A DNA stretch of 64,000 nucleotides, taken from Eledone cirrhosa (lineage: Eukaryota). The notes beneath the pieces were generated by a model. That model did not search any database, was not told the origin of the DNA, and saw only the letters and a list, made by a program, of their open reading frames with translations. The translations under genes were made by a program, and so were the position numbers. Location: contig OZ024756.1 in NCBI GenBank assembly GCA_964016885.1, positions 35,588,001-35,652,000 of the forward strand. Direction: 5' to 3'. Below, in pieces: positions 1-17,823 of this stretch (position 1 is the stretch's first letter; each line of letters begins with the position of its first letter).

Positions 1-77
1 ACTACTACTACAGTCATTACTACTACTACTACTACTACAGTCATTACTACTACTACTACTACTACTACTACAGTCAT

Positions 78-119
<42 letters not shown>

Positions 120-420
120 AGTCATTACTACTACTACTTCTACTACTACTACTACTACTACAGTCACCACTACTACTACCACCAGCACCACCACCACTAC
201 TACTACTACCACCACTACCACCACTACTACTACTACCACCACTACCACCGCTACTACTACTACTACTACTACTGCTGCTGCTACTACTACTACTACTACC
301 ACCACCATCATCATAATCACTATCACCAATACCCCCCCATCACCATCCTAATCATTATTGCTACCACCACCACCACCACCAGCTCTATCACTATCACTGC
401 TACCACCACTGTACCATCTC
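1..420. repeat. (ACT)n/(ACC)n trinucleotide tract
   Basis: Direct reading. Confidence 0.95.
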
Positions 421-643
421 CTGCAACTACTCCTCCATTTTCTTAGTACAATGATGCAGTTACACAGCTAATGTTGTTCTCAGTTCTTTTATATATATGT
501 GTGTATATATATATATATATACGTATATTATATACATATATCACATATATATATATATATTTACATACACCCACACACACCCATACACAGATATACATGT
601 GTATCTACATATACATGTGTGTGTGAGTGTGTTTGTGTGTGTA

Positions 644-978
644 TCATCATCACCATTTTACGTCCGCTTTTCCCTGCTTGCAAGGGTGGGACGGGAACTG
701 ATGCTGGCTTGATTTCTACAGCTGGATGCCCTTCCTAACACCAACCTCATTTACAGTGAGTGCTGGGTGCTTTTTTGCCGTGGCACCTCCACGACCACTT
801 TGCAGTGGAATGATAGGGACCCCAGTCCCTATCATCTCATTTCTCCAGCTGAGTAAACTGGAGCAATGTGAAATAAAGTGTCTTGCTCAAGGAAACAACA
901 CATCACCCGGTCTGAGAATTGAACTCACAACCTTTCGATTGCAAGACCAATGCTCTAACCACTAAGCCATGTGCCTCC
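644..978 (-). mobile_element. tRNA-derived CORE-type SINE with an RTE tail (family B)
   Basis: A box TGGCTTAGTGG, B box GAGTTCAATTC, CORE-like CCTTGAGCAAGACACTTTA, and a 3' end identical to the RTE LINE end. Confidence 0.88.
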
Positions 979-1087
979 ATGTGTGTGTATATATATATAT
1001 ATATATCATTTATATACATATATATATATATTATATATATGTGTATATTACATATATGTAAACTTATATTATATGATACACACGCCC

Positions 1088-1268
1088 TTGGCAGTATCGG
1101 TAGAGGGTTGGACACCATGCTTTGAAGCATAGAGTTACGGCCCTTGCCATTCTGAGTTCGAATCCCGCCGAGGTTAACTTTGACTTTCATCCTTACGGGG
1201 TCGATAAAATAAAGTACCAGTAATGCACTGGGTAATTGCTGGCCTTGTGCCAAAAGTAGAAACAATTA
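1088..1268 (+). mobile_element. tRNA-like SINE family A with an (ATT)n tail
   Basis: tggcagtatcggtagag...gagttcgaatcc...ctttcatccttacggggtcgataaaataaagtaccag...gccttgtgccaaaagtagaaacaatt. Other copies at about 7020-7203(-), 13017-13130, 13428-13523, 20296-20420(-), 22735-22915(-), 45090-45265, 46610-46700(-), 51080-51290(-) and 52330-52510(-). Confidence 0.85.
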
Positions 1269-1285
1269 TATGATACACACGCCCT

Positions 1286-1319
<34 letters not shown>

Positions 1320-1442
1320 CATACACACACCTACACACACGTGTGTGTGTGTAGGTGTGTTTAAAGGTGCTAGTCTTATATTGTTTGAAAAATATCTGAT
1401 ATGAAACTCATAGTAACTGTGTTAATGTATACATCTACTATA

Positions 1443-1473
<31 letters not shown>

Positions 1474-1751
1474 TATATATGCACACACACATACATAAAC
1501 ATATACATACATATACATATATAAACATATGCATATATATATATATATATACATATACATGTAAAGTTATATTTAAAATTGTTGGGTTACAACTAGTAAA
1601 TATTTATAACTGATATAAAAGCACTCGACAAATATTTGGAGTATATTTACAATATTAAATACATGATTACTGCTAGAGTAAACCTCTTCAAATGAAGTTG
1701 ATGTTTATTACGGTATGTCGAATATATTTATCTATAAAACTGTTTATATTG

Positions 1752-1817
1752 TATTTTGTCTGATGAAGGCATAGCATATTGTTAATATGATATCCCCGAA
1801 ATATATATAATGAAATA
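1752..1817 (+). ncRNA. Minimal type I hammerhead motif
   Basis: TATTTTGT-CTGATGA-stem II (catatt/aatatg)-GAAA-TATATA-TA-ATGAAATA. Confidence 0.7.
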
Positions 1818-1955
1818 AATATGGTTTTATAAATATAGTTTTCCATTTATTTAATATTGTATATATACATATATATATTTATATATATATATATATATAT
1901 ATGTATATAAACACACATACACATATGCATATACATAAACATATACATACATAAA

Positions 1956-1993
<38 letters not shown>

Positions 1994-2109
1994 TATACAC
2001 ACATATATATACTTATATAAATACACACATATATACATACATGCATTCACATATATCACATATATATATATATATATATTTACACAAACACGTCCACATA
2101 TACATACAT

Positions 2110-2470
2110 GTATATATGTGTGTGGATATGTATATATGTGTTTGTGCGTGTGTGGATATGTATATATGTGTGTGTGCGTGTGTGGATATGTATATATGTG
2201 TGTGTGCGTGTGTGGATATGTATATATGTGTGTGTGCGTGTGTGGATATGTATATATGTGTGTGTGTGCGTGTGTGGATATGTATATATGTGTGTGTGCG
2301 TGTGTGGATATGTATATATGTGTGTGTGCGTGTGTGGATATGTATATATGTGTGTGTGCGTGTGTGGATATGTATATATGTGTGTGTGCGTGTGTGGATA
2401 TGTATATATGTGTGTGTGCGTGTGTGGATATGTATATATGTGTGTGTGCGTGTGTGGATATGTATATATG
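2110..2470. repeat. 30-bp compound TA/TG minisatellite
   Basis: (tatatatgtgtgtgtgcgtgtgtggatatg)n. Confidence 0.9.
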
Positions 2471-2725
2471 CAGTGTTTCTGTATGTTTGTTGTTGCTGTT
2501 GTTGACATGGTTAATTAAAATATTACAATGGAGTTATTGTTACTGATAATGCAGATATCCTATAGACATGTGCAGCTGGTCACATCTGAGTGCAGTAATT
2601 ATTGGTGCATTACACCACAGATGAGGACGGGAAAGTGGTGATTACGATTATATGGTGTGTATATATATATTGTATAGGTGTTGTCTTTTGTGTGTATCTT
2701 TACGCACATACATACACAGATATAT

Positions 2726-3072
2726 ATCATCATCATCATCATCATTTCATTTTACGTCCTCTTTTTCCCTGCTTGCAAGGGTGGGACGGGAACTGATTCT
2801 GGCTTGATTTCTACAGCTGGATGCCCTTCCTAACACCAACCTCATTTACAGTGAGTGCTGGGTGCTTTTTTGCCGTGGCACCTCCACGACCACTTTGCAG
2901 TGGAATGATAGGGACCCCAGTCCCTATCATCTCATTTCTACAGCTGAGTAAACTGGAGCAATGTGAAATAAAGTGTCTTGCTCAAGGAAACAACACATCA
3001 CCCGGTCCGAGAATTGAACTCACAACCTTTCGATTGCAAGGCCAATGCTCTAACCACTAAGCCATGTGCCTC

Positions 3073-3073
<1 letters not shown>
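2726..3073 (-). mobile_element. SINE family B copy
   Basis: Near-identical to 644-978. Confidence 0.88.
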
Positions 3074-3149
<76 letters not shown>

Positions 3150-3431
3150 GGACACACACACGCACACACACAGATATATGTATAGATATCGATATATATA
3201 TATATATACACTGCAAAGTGGTCATGTAGGCGCCATAGAAATAAAGCACCCAGCACTCACTGTAAATGAGGTTGGTGTTAGGAAGGGCATCTGACCAAAC
3301 ACTGCCCACAACAGGACAGCCCGTCTAACCCATGCTAGCGTGGAAGAACGGACGTAAAACGGTGATGATGATGATGATGATGATATATATATATATATTT
3401 AGTTATGTAATAAACAACATAAGATAATTAA

Positions 3432-3492
3432 TTCATTTACCAGTGGTTTCTTGAAGACAGATATTTATATCTGTCTTCAGTCATCAGAAGAA
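3432..3492 (-). ncRNA. Type I hammerhead motif with a long perfect stem II
   Basis: ttctt-CTGATGA-cTGAAGACAGATATaaATATCTGTCTTCAa-GAAA-CCactGG-TA-aatgaa. Confidence 0.65.
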
Positions 3493-4050
3493 AACGGAAA
3501 TACTTCATTTATCATCATCATCATCATCATCATCATCGTCGTTTAACGTCCATCTTCCATGCTTGCATGGGTTTGGACGGGAGTTTTCCCACTTGAGGCA
3601 AGATTGGTTGTCCTGCTCGCATAGGACTGTCTGGCGGGTTTTCTACGGCTGGATGCCCTTCCTAACACCAACCACGTTTACAGTGTGGGACTGGGAGGTT
3701 TTTACCGTGTTACCTACACGGCCACATTACAGCGTGGACTGTGTGTTTTTTTGTCGTGACACCTACAAGATATATATATATATATATATATACACATACA
3801 CAAACATAGAGACATAGCTATACAATACAGTAATACACACAACATTAGCTGCTCTAGTGTTAATGGGCTCAGTTAATGAATCCAATATTCTCACATTTCA
3901 TGAAATAGGAAATGATCCTCACTGAAATTAGCTGACATAATTAAAAGACAAGGAAGACATATTTTATATATAGTCTAAATACACCTGACCGCAACTGAAG
4001 AATGACAATTAACACAGATTTTATATGAGGAGACATGACTATGATGAATT

Positions 4051-4100
<50 letters not shown>

Positions 4101-4429
4101 TCATCATATATATATATATCATCATATACATATATATTAGGTACATACATACATGCATGCATACATATCATCATTTTAACATTTATATATACGAGTGAGA
4201 CACAGTCACCCGACCAAACTTCCCTCAAATGAGACAAACCCTTCTAACCCATGCTAGCATGGAAGATAGATGTTAAACAATGGTGATGATGATGACGTAT
4301 ATATTCGGGGACCATCTGCTATCGATATAACACAATATTAGCAGGCTGCCCCCTAATTGAATTATCTTTTGCTATCTTCCATTCTATGTTTGGGTTCAAC
4401 ATAATCCTGTTACATAATTATGCAGATGA

Positions 4430-4500
4430 CACCTGATGAGATCGCCTAGTCTTGCATCATAATCGGTTGATGGAGGTGGGTCATTGAAATATGTATAGTG
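4430..4500 (+). ncRNA. Hammerhead-like motif
   Basis: CAC-CTGATGA-gatcgcct...aggtgggtcatt-GAAA-TATGTA-TA-GTG; short stem I. Confidence 0.5.
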
Positions 4501-4962
4501 ATTTCGAGCAATTAAAATTCTAAAGTAAATTTTCCAGTCCGGCCTTTTGTTTTGGTTTTAATGAATATATATATAATATATACTGAAAAAAACAGAAGAT
4601 AGAGCTAGAATCAGAAGATGAATAGAAAGTAAAGAGTGATGAGAGGAAGGAAAGGGGGAAAATGAGAAAAAAATTGGGGATTAAAAAGCACTCGTGCATA
4701 TTCAGTCAGCCATCTTATATATCGCTCATCAGAAGGAATTTTTACATAGAGCACTCTTCTTTCCTGATGTCTGTATACATATATATATATATATATTCTA
4801 TATATATATTTATTCTATTATATATATTTTAAGGGTACCAAAAACTTTGGTACGCTTTCATCAGATAAAATACAAAGAGTGTTTTATAAATTTTGACATA
4901 GCCAAAGAAAACATACCTTATCAGTTGAATATTCCTTGGGTATATATAATAGAATAAATATG

Positions 4963-5011
<49 letters not shown>

Positions 5012-5165
5012 CCTGATGGTTTACTCAAATTCGGGAGAAATCATTAGGAAGCCCTGAATGAAACAGTTCTAGTCCTGTAGAAGCCATTTCTATATTAAAT
5101 ATTTATACTCTGCTATGTATTGAGTACCTTACTTACTGTGGTTACCCCTGATTGAACCAGGAATA

Positions 5166-5202
<37 letters not shown>

Positions 5203-5439
5203 CCATACGCACACTTTCTCTATCTCCTCCTCTCTTTCTTTCTCTCCTGCTCCCCACCACCACACACAAATATATATATATAATTATTCACCCAGTTTAA
5301 CCAATATACAACGACCAATCTAGAACAAAGTACATGTATGTATATTTAATAAACTCCACCGCCTCCACCACAAACAACAACAACAACAGTAACAACTACT
5401 ACAACTAGTACTATAGTGAATAAAATCACTGCATCTAGC

Positions 5440-6280
5440 AACACACACTACACACACTACACACACTCACACACACTCACACACACACTACACACATTAC
5501 ACACTACACACACTACACACACTTCACACACTCACACACACTACACACACTCACACACTACACACACTCACACACACTACACACACTCACACGCACTACA
5601 CACACACTACACACACTCACACACTACACACACTCACACACACTCACACACACACTACACACATTACACACTACACACACTACACACACTTCACACACTA
5701 CACACACTACACACACTCACACACACTACACACACTCACACACACTACACACACTACACACTACACACACTACACACAACACACACTACACACACTACAC
5801 ACACTCACACACACTACACACACTACACACACTCACACACACTATACACACTCACACACACTACACACACTACACACACTACACACACTACACACACTAC
5901 ACACACTCACACACACTACACACATTACACACTACACACACTACACACACTACACACACTACACACACTCACACACACTACACACACTCACACACTCACA
6001 CACACTACACACACTACACACACTCACACACACTACACACTACACACACTACACACATTACACACTACACACACTACACACACTACACACACTCACACAC
6101 ACTACACACACTACACACACTACACACATTACACACTACACACACTACACACACTCACACACACTCACACACACTACACACACTCACACACATTACACAC
6201 ACTCACACACTACACACACTCACACACTCTACACACACTACACACACTCTACACACACTCTACACACACTACACACACAC
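5440..6280. repeat. Interrupted (CA)n tract with a CACTACACA period
   Basis: Direct reading. Confidence 0.9.
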
Positions 6281-7222
6281 ATTTAGATGTATACACATTG
6301 TGTAGAATGTAGAGTGTAGTATAGTATACATGCATGGACCTGTAGCTCTCTCTCTCTCTCTCTCTCTCTCCTAACTAATTTCTAAAATCTTCCCAACATA
6401 ATTGCATGTGAGAACCTTTGTTAAGTTATGTTCCAAGTAACTAACTAGCAAGACGGCGGCAACCTCAACCACCGAACCACCCCACAATCTGATGCGATGT
6501 TGCAACTATCCAACCACCCCCAGCCAACCCAACCACCTGATGACCCAACCACCCAACCACCCAACCATCCAACCACCCAACCATCCAACCACCCAACGAC
6601 CCAGCCACCTAACAATCCAATGACTCAACCACCCAATGACTCGATGACACACCCGATGACACAACCACCCCACCACCTGATCACTCAACCACCCCACCAT
6701 CCAACCACCCAACGACCCAGCCACCCAACCACCCAATGACCCAATCCCAACCACCCAACGACCCAACCATCCAACCACCCCGACCACCCCCCATCACCCA
6801 GCCACCCCACCCACCCGACCATACAGTAGGTGTGATATGTAGTTTACAGGTAAATTGATGACTGAAGCCATGTAATCTGGACATGTTCCTTAACTAAGGA
6901 TCAGTGAAGTGTGAAGCTCGGTGTTGTCAGGTATTCTTCGTTGACCAACCATGTGTGACGTATTCACACTAGTTTCATATACTATACTGTACTATAACCG
7001 TTGTTGTTGTTGTTATAATAATAATAACTGTTTCTACTTTTGGCACAAGGCCAGCAATTACCCAGTGCATTACTGGTACTTTATTTTATCGACCCCGTAA
7101 GGATGAAAGGCAAAGTTAACCTCAGCGGGATTTCAACTCAGAATGGAAAGGGCCGTAACTCTATGCATCAAAGCATGGTGTCTGACCCTCTACCGATACT
7201 GCCTATAATAATAATAATAATA

Positions 7223-8420
7223 ATGAAATTATTGTGTACAGTGCTCAGGTGCACTACAACTCATCAAAGGTGCATGTATAGTACATAGAATAATATACAA
7301 ATGTCAGGGAAGTGAACAGTGTTATGAGTCATGATATACATGTGTGTATGTGTATGGGGGGGGGGGGGATATCAGGTGTAGTGTTGGCGAATCTCAGAAA
7401 GGATGGAGGTTTTAAAGGATGGAGTTTTTAAAGGATGGAGGTTTTAAAGGATGGAGGTTTTAAAGGATGGAGGTTTTAAAGGATGGAGGTTTTAAAGGAT
7501 GGAGGTTTTAAAGGATGGAGTTTTTAAAGGATGGAGGTTTTAAAGGATGGAGTTTTTAAAGGATGGAGGTTTTAAAGGATGGAGGTTTTAAAGGATGGAG
7601 GTTTTAAAGGATGGAGGTTTTAAAGGATGGAGGTTTTAAAGGATGGAGTTTTTAAAGGATGGAGGTTTTAAAGGATGGAGGTTTTAAAGGATGGAGGTTT
7701 TAAAGGATGGAGTTTTTAAAGGATGGAGGTTTTAAAGGATGGAGGTTTTAAAGGATGGAGTTTTTAAAGGATGGAGGTTTTAAAGGATGGAGGTTTTAAA
7801 GGATGGAGGTTTTAAAGGATGGAGGTTTTAAAGGATGGAGTTTTTAAAGGATGGAGGTTTTAAAGGATGGAGGTTTTAAAGGATGGAGGTTTTAAAGGAT
7901 GGAGGTTTTAAAGGATGGAGGTTTTAAAGGATGGAGGTTTTAAAGGATGGAGTTTTTAAAGGATGGAGGTTTTAAAGGATGGAGGTTTTAAAGGATGGAG
8001 GTTTTAAAGGATGGAGTTTTTAAAGGATGGAGGTTTTAAAGGATGGAGGTTTTAAAGGATGGAGTTTTTAAAGGATGGAGGTTTTAAAGGATGGAGGTTT
8101 TAAAGGATGGAGGTTTTAAAGGATGGAGGTTTTAAAGGATGGAGGTTTTAAAGGATGGAGTGTCTCAACAGCTAACAACTGATACAGGTAGTTATTGTTG
8201 TTGTTGTTGTCATTGTTGTTGTGTAGATGGATGCAGCATAAGGTCGCTGAGTTTGATCCCACTGCATATCTCGAGCAAGGTGAACACAGTTTACCACAGC
8301 CCTGTGTTGATCCAAGCATTGTGAAGGGAATTTGGGCAGTGGCAGGGCTGTCTTATATGGAGTGAAAGTGATGGCGCATGCATTGATGAAACTGTCAGAG
8401 GTTCATATTCCTCTTTATTC
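7223..8420 (-). mobile_element. Decayed CR1/L2-like LINE 3' end hosting the 16-bp array
   Basis: The minus strand reads LPVSVVSC*DTPSFKTSIL, resembling the LP..VV....L.SFK..L terminus; its 3' UTR recurs at 37061-37200. Confidence 0.55.
7401..8160. repeat. 16-bp minisatellite (GGATGGAGGTTTTAAA)n, about 47 copies
   Basis: Direct tandem repeat with one recurring G/T variant. Confidence 0.95.
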
Positions 8421-8679
8421 TATGCACATGCCTATATATATATGTTTGTATATAGAGATATGTCTATGTGGTCGTGTAGGTAACATGGTAAAAAGCTCCC
8501 AGTTCCACACTGTAAATGTGGTTGGTGTTAGGAAGTGCATCCAGCCGTAGAAAACCTGCCAGATAGTCCTATATGAGCGAGACACGGTCACCCGACCATC
8601 CTTGCCTCAAGTGGGACAATTCCCGTCTAACCCATGCTACCGTGGAAGATAGATGTTAAACGATGATGATGATGATGAT

Positions 8680-8995
8680 CATCATCATCATCATCATTTT
8701 ACGTCCGCTTTTCCCTGCTTGCAAGGGTTGGACGGGTCCTATTCAGCACAGCATCTCTCCACTTGCCACGGTCCTTCGTCATCTCCTCCGTGAGTTTCAG
8801 CGATCTGAGGTCTGTTCTCACCACCTCTGCCCATGTTTTACGTGGTCTACCTCTACCATGTCTTCCTTCAACTGGCATTTTCTGGCACTTCTTCACCCAT
8901 CGGTCATCCTCCATGCGCATTACATGTCCATACCACCGCAGTCTCCTCTCCCGTACACTATATTCTATCCCTGTCAGACACAGTTTCTCTCTCAA
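8680..8995 (-). mobile_element. RTE LINE 3' fragment of the same family
   Basis: [22 protein letters not shown]...[10 protein letters not shown], nearly identical to 54275-54569. Confidence 0.9.
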
Positions 8996-9044
8996 GTTTC
9001 TCTTTCAAGTTTCTCTCACAGTTTCTCTCACAGTTTCTCTCTCA

Positions 9045-12090
<3,046 letters not shown>

Positions 12091-14524
12091 CATTCCTCAC
12101 AGAGGAATGTATTGACCAATATTGGTTAATGCGGACTTTTAGATTTCACTGCAGTAATTCCAATATTATTGTAGACTACTACAGAGTTGTAGTACGGTAG
12201 TGCTATGGTGTGATAGCACTGTAGTACTATAGAATTGTAGTATAGTAGTGTTGTGCTGTGTTAGTATAGTCATACTATGGCTTAATAATATAGTAGTGCT
12301 ATGGTGTGATAGTACAGCATTGATGTGGTGTGCTAGTATAGTCATACTATAGCGTGATAGTACAACAGTGCTCTGGTGTGTTAGTATAGTTACACTATGG
12401 CTTAATAGTATTGTAGTACTATAGAACCATAGTAGAGTAGTGCTGTGGTGTGTTAGTATAGTCATACTATGGCTTAATAGTATAGTAGTGCTACGGTGTT
12501 ATAGTACAGCAGTTCTATGGTGTGTTAGTATAGTCATACTATAGCATGATAGTATAGGAGCACTATGATATGACTAAAGCGATAGTACATTACTATAGAG
12601 TGATAGTATCTTGCCATAATAGAGTGGTAGTACCTTACTATAGAGTAATAGTACCTTACTATAGAGTGGTAGTACCTTACTCTAGAGTAATAGTACCTTA
12701 CTATAAAGTGATATTACCTTGCCATAATACAGTGATAGTACCAGACTATAATAGAGTGACTGTACCTTACTATAGAGTGGTAGCATGTCAGTATTGTCAT
12801 AGAACGTAGTTGCCAAGTTTGCCATAATTATGCCAATTAGGAACTCTCAGAGTCAAGTTGCTATAAGAGAACTTTCCTGCCAAATTCTACTACTTGTACA
12901 ATGACAGGTTCTTGCCAAATTTCCTGGAAAGATTTCTTACAATTATCAATTAATTTCTCCTGCAATTATGTTCATATTTTGTTAATTCTACGTAAGTGCT
13001 TGCTGTTATAGGTGACGAATTGGCAGAGTTGTTAGAACGTCAGGTGGAGCACTTTGTGGCATTCATTTCGGCTGTCTGCTCTCTGAGTTCAAATCCCGCC
13101 GAGGTCAACTTTGCCTTTCATCAGTTCAAGATCGCTAAAAAAAAAAAAAAAAAAAAAAAAAAAGGTACTAGTTTAATACTGGGGTCGATTCTTCCTCTAT
13201 ATCTCTTTTTCATGTCACGTCCATTCTTTCACTCTCTCTATCCTTCTCTGGAAGAAATCTGCTGTATTCCTACCTGGAGAGGAAATGGGCTCTGCCAGGC
13301 TTGACAATGCCCTAGAAATACTGTATGTCAAAACAGCACCCCTACATCTCCTTCATGATTTATGGGACCATGTATTGGTAGCCATGCTGGGACAAATTCT
13401 ACATTATCTATCTACATTATCTCTTTGGTTAACTTTGCCTTTCATCCTTACGGGGTCGATAAAATAAAGTACCAGTAATACACTGGGATAATTACTGGCC
13501 TTGTGCCAAAAGTAGAAACAATTATCTCTTTTGATACCAAAATATCTGAAACTGTCCCTCGATTTTACAATACAAAACTGTTTATTTTTAAGTGTGTATG
13601 TTTAACTAAAAACCTTCCATCCTAAATTTATAAGAACGTTTGTTATATAATGTTTGAAATACCAGCTTAGTAATGAGAAAGTTAGTTATCTATATATAAA
13701 TTTGAGCAACTTCCATCTGTCTGTCACATATATATGTGTGTGTATTTGTGTGAATGTATGTGTGTGTAAATGGAAGGAAGGGGATGGTGGAAAAACTATA
13801 GCAAAACAGTGGCTTGTGTTCCATTTGCTATGCTATGTATATGTGTGTGTTTGTGTGACTGTATGTCTGTGAGTGTATATTTTTGTAAAGTGTATGTCTG
13901 TGTTTGTGTGTTTATATCTATATACACGATGATGATGATATATGCATATGCACATACACCACGCACACACATATACACATACGCATCAGCGTGTTGAAAA
14001 AAATTCTAGTATTATTAAATCCCATCAAATTGTTGGTTGTTTTAAAAGTTATGTGAAATATGGTAATGAAAGGGTTTACATCATTGAGTGCTTTTGTTGA
14101 AGTGTTGAGCTCCATCCCAGATCAGTCTTTATGTGTGTCTGTTATTGATTAATGATTCCCACTAGTACACGTTCATATACCACAATGTTTCCAAATGCCC
14201 TTTAAATCTCTCTTTGAACCACTCTTTGTGTTCTTCTTGCCAGTATCATCTTCCATTCACCTGGGAGTAAAACACTTGTTTGTGCAACAGATGGTCTGGC
14301 ATTCACACAACATGGCCAACTCATAACCATTAAAGATGTTGTTGTGTAATCATCATACACACACATATAATCACACACAGAAGCTGTCAGACCATAAGAG
14401 CACTTGGGCAATGTCCAGTGGGCCGATGGGCCAGTGGGCAACTGGTCTGGATAGAAAATAGCTGAGAAAATGTCATGAAAAGCTGAAGTCAAAGCTGCTG
14501 CACAAAGAGTCAAATGAAAATGGA

Positions 14525-14900
14525 AGACACCTTAGCTGAACAGTGGCAATGTTCTTCTGGCCCGCAGTAGTCTGTTAGTGTCACCTGAGCTGAAGACATA
14601 CCTCTGGCCCTCAGCAGTCTGTTAGTCAGTGCCACCTTAGCTGAGAACACATCTCTAGGCCTCAGCAGTCTGTTAGTCAGTGCCACCTTAGCTGAGCAGT
14701 TAAAATCACCTGTGACCCTCAACAGTCTGTTAGTGTCACCTTAGCTGGAGACACACCTCTGGCCCTCAGCAGTCTGTTAGTCAGTGCCACCTTAGCTGAG
14801 AACACATCCCTGGCCCTCAGCAGTTCGTTAGTTAATGTCACCTTAACTGAACAGTGAAAACACACCTGTGGCCCTCAGAAACCTATTAATCAGTGACACC
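14525..14900. repeat. GC-balanced tandem repeat of about 50 bp just upstream of the first Nav exon
   Basis: ggccctcagcagtctgttagtcagtgccaccttagctgag recurs about 7 times. Confidence 0.85.
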
Positions 14901-15040
14901 TGGAAACCCAGGCCAGTTTTAAGACCCAATCCACTTCTGCACAGACACATTCCCTTACAAACCAAACCAAACCAAACTAAACCAAACAATTTAATCAACC
15001 AACCATTAATTATTAACCTGTTTTTTTCTCTCTTTTTCAG

Positions 15041-15249
15041 ACATTTGTGGTGATAGAGAAGAGACTTAAGAAGAATATAATACATCGGTTTTCAGCAAAG
15101 AGGTCGTTATTTTTATTCTCGCCACGTAATCCCCTTCGTCGCCTGGCAGTTTGTATTGCCACCAATGTTTGCTTCGATTATTTTTTAATGTTCACCATTT
15201 GTGTCAATTGTGTATTTCTGGCTATCCCAAACATTTCTGAGTTTGTTGA
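15041..15249 (+). CDS. Nav2: Voltage-gated sodium channel alpha subunit exon: N-terminal cytoplasmic region plus DI-S1 (TFVVIEKRLKKNIIHRFSAKRSLFLFSPRNPLRRLAVCIATNVCFDYFLMFTICVNCVFLAIPNISEFVE)
   Basis: Acceptor tctttttcag|ACA and donor GA|gtaagt; 209 nt, phase 0 to 2. Contains the Nav hallmark TF.V...I.RFSA...L...P.NP.RR. Upstream exon(s) were not found in the window. Confidence 0.95.
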
Positions 15250-16675
15250 GTAAGTACAATGCCTTTTTTTTTATTCAATATTTTTCTGGGTTATTTATCT
15301 TGAGTTAACTTGGGTGGTAAATTTTAGATTGAATCCTTCCAAATGTTCCTCTGAAATGTTTCCTAAATGTTTCTAAGCAGTTGCCATTACATGTGGAGTG
15401 AGGTTAACAGCTTACCATCTCTATACAGCCCTGTTTCTACACAGCATTATTTTTATACAACACTGTATATAACATAATATCTACACAACACTATATCTAT
15501 ACAACACAATATCTACGCAGCACAATTTCTATACAACACAATATCTACACAACACAATTTCTATACAACACAATATCTACACAACACAATTTCTATACAA
15601 CACAATATCTACACAACACAATTTCTATACAACACAATATCTACACAGTACAACACAATATCTACACAATACAACACAATTTCTATACAATATAATATCT
15701 ACACAACACTATTTCTATACTATACAACACAATATCTACACAACTATGTCTTTTAGTCTGTCTATCTCTCCCTCTCTCCCAATCTATGCCTCATAGTCTC
15801 TCTATCTCTCCCAGTCTATGCCTCATAGTCTCTCTCTATCTCTCCCAATCTATGCCTCATAGTCTCTCTCTATCTCTCCCAATCTATGTCTCTTAGTCTC
15901 TCTATCCCTCCCTCCCTCCATCTATGTATTGCTCTCTCTCTCTCTCTCTCTCTCCTCTCTCCATCTTTGTGTATCTATCTATCTCTCTCTCTATGTATCT
16001 TAGTCTGTCTACCTCTCTTTCCCTCGCACCCAGTCCATTCCCCTTCTCTCACACCACCACCACGGCCCTCCCCCCCCCCCCCCCCACCACCACCACCCAC
16101 ACAACAACCTAACTCACCAAACAATATTTCAATTTAGTTTATTACATAACATTATAAATCTCAGTCAGTGCATCTTCTGTCTGGCTGTCTCTTCTGCCAC
16201 CAAGTGCACTGCGTATGCACATGATTGCATCTGATTGCAACATTCCACCAGTTGCACTGTTGTTACAGCTGGGTGCACTCTCTATATACAAAGAACTAGG
16301 TAATAAATTTACTCTGCATGAGGCTCTGTGTGTGTGTGTCTGTGTCTGTGTGTGTGTGTCTATGTGTGTGTGTCTGTGTCTGTGTGTGTGTGTCTATGTG
16401 TGTGTGTCTGTGTCTGTGTGTGTGTGTCTATGTGTGTGTGTCTGTGTCTGTGTGTGTGTGTCTATGTGTGTGTGTCTGTGTCTGTGTGTGTGTGTCTATG
16501 TGTGTGCGTCTGTGTCTGTGTGTGTGTGTCTATGTGTGTGTGTCTGTGTCTGTGTGTGTGTGTCTATGTGTGTGTGTCTGTGTCTGTGTGTGTGTGTCTA
16601 TGTGTGTGTGTCTGTGTCTGTGTGTCTGTGTGTGAGTGTCTATCTGTGTGTGAGTCTGTGTGTATGTGTCTCCGT

Positions 16676-16723
<48 letters not shown>

Positions 16724-16886
16724 CTGTGATTTTCAGCTGAGTATACTGGAACAATGTGAAATAAAGTGTTTTGCTTAAGGACACAACACACAGCTCAGGG
16801 ATTGAACCCGTGACATTATGATCGTAAGTCCAACACCCTTACCACTAGGCCATGTGCCTCCACTCATATGTATATATATATACACA

Positions 16887-16933
<47 letters not shown>

Positions 16934-16978
16934 GCGGTGCCCCAGCATGGCCTCAGCCGGATGGCTAGAATAGGTAAA

Positions 16979-17054
<76 letters not shown>

Positions 17055-17069
17055 ATGTGTGTGTGTGTA

Positions 17070-17140
<71 letters not shown>

Positions 17141-17186
17141 GCTAGCGTGGAAGAATGGACGTAAAACGGTGATGATGATAATGATA

Positions 17187-17324
<138 letters not shown>

Positions 17325-17325
17325 C

Positions 17326-17486
<161 letters not shown>

Positions 17487-17675
17487 CATATAGCCCACAC
17501 TGTAGATGTGGTTGACGTTGGGAAGGGCATCCAGCCATAGAAACCTACCCAGAAACAGTTCTGTATGGGTAAGACACGGTCACCTGACCCAACTTGTCTC
17601 TAATGGGACAACCCATTTAACACATCCTAGCATGGAAAATGGACGTTAAACGATGATGATGATGGTGATATATAC

Positions 17676-17715
<40 letters not shown>

Positions 17716-17823
17716 GTACATATCACCATCATCATCATCGTTTAACGTCCACCACCGCCACCACAACCACCAACACCAACACCACCATCACGACCACCAC
17801 CACCACCATATTTTTTGATACAT

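Noticed and set aside
726-965. Recurring 79-aa ORF MPFLTPTSFTVSAG (also 2821, 20565, 36438)
   Set aside because: Antisense reading of SINE family B, not a gene family.
2611-2654. Possible upstream Nav exon after caccacag
   Set aside because: Weak donor and no recognisable similarity to Nav N-termini.
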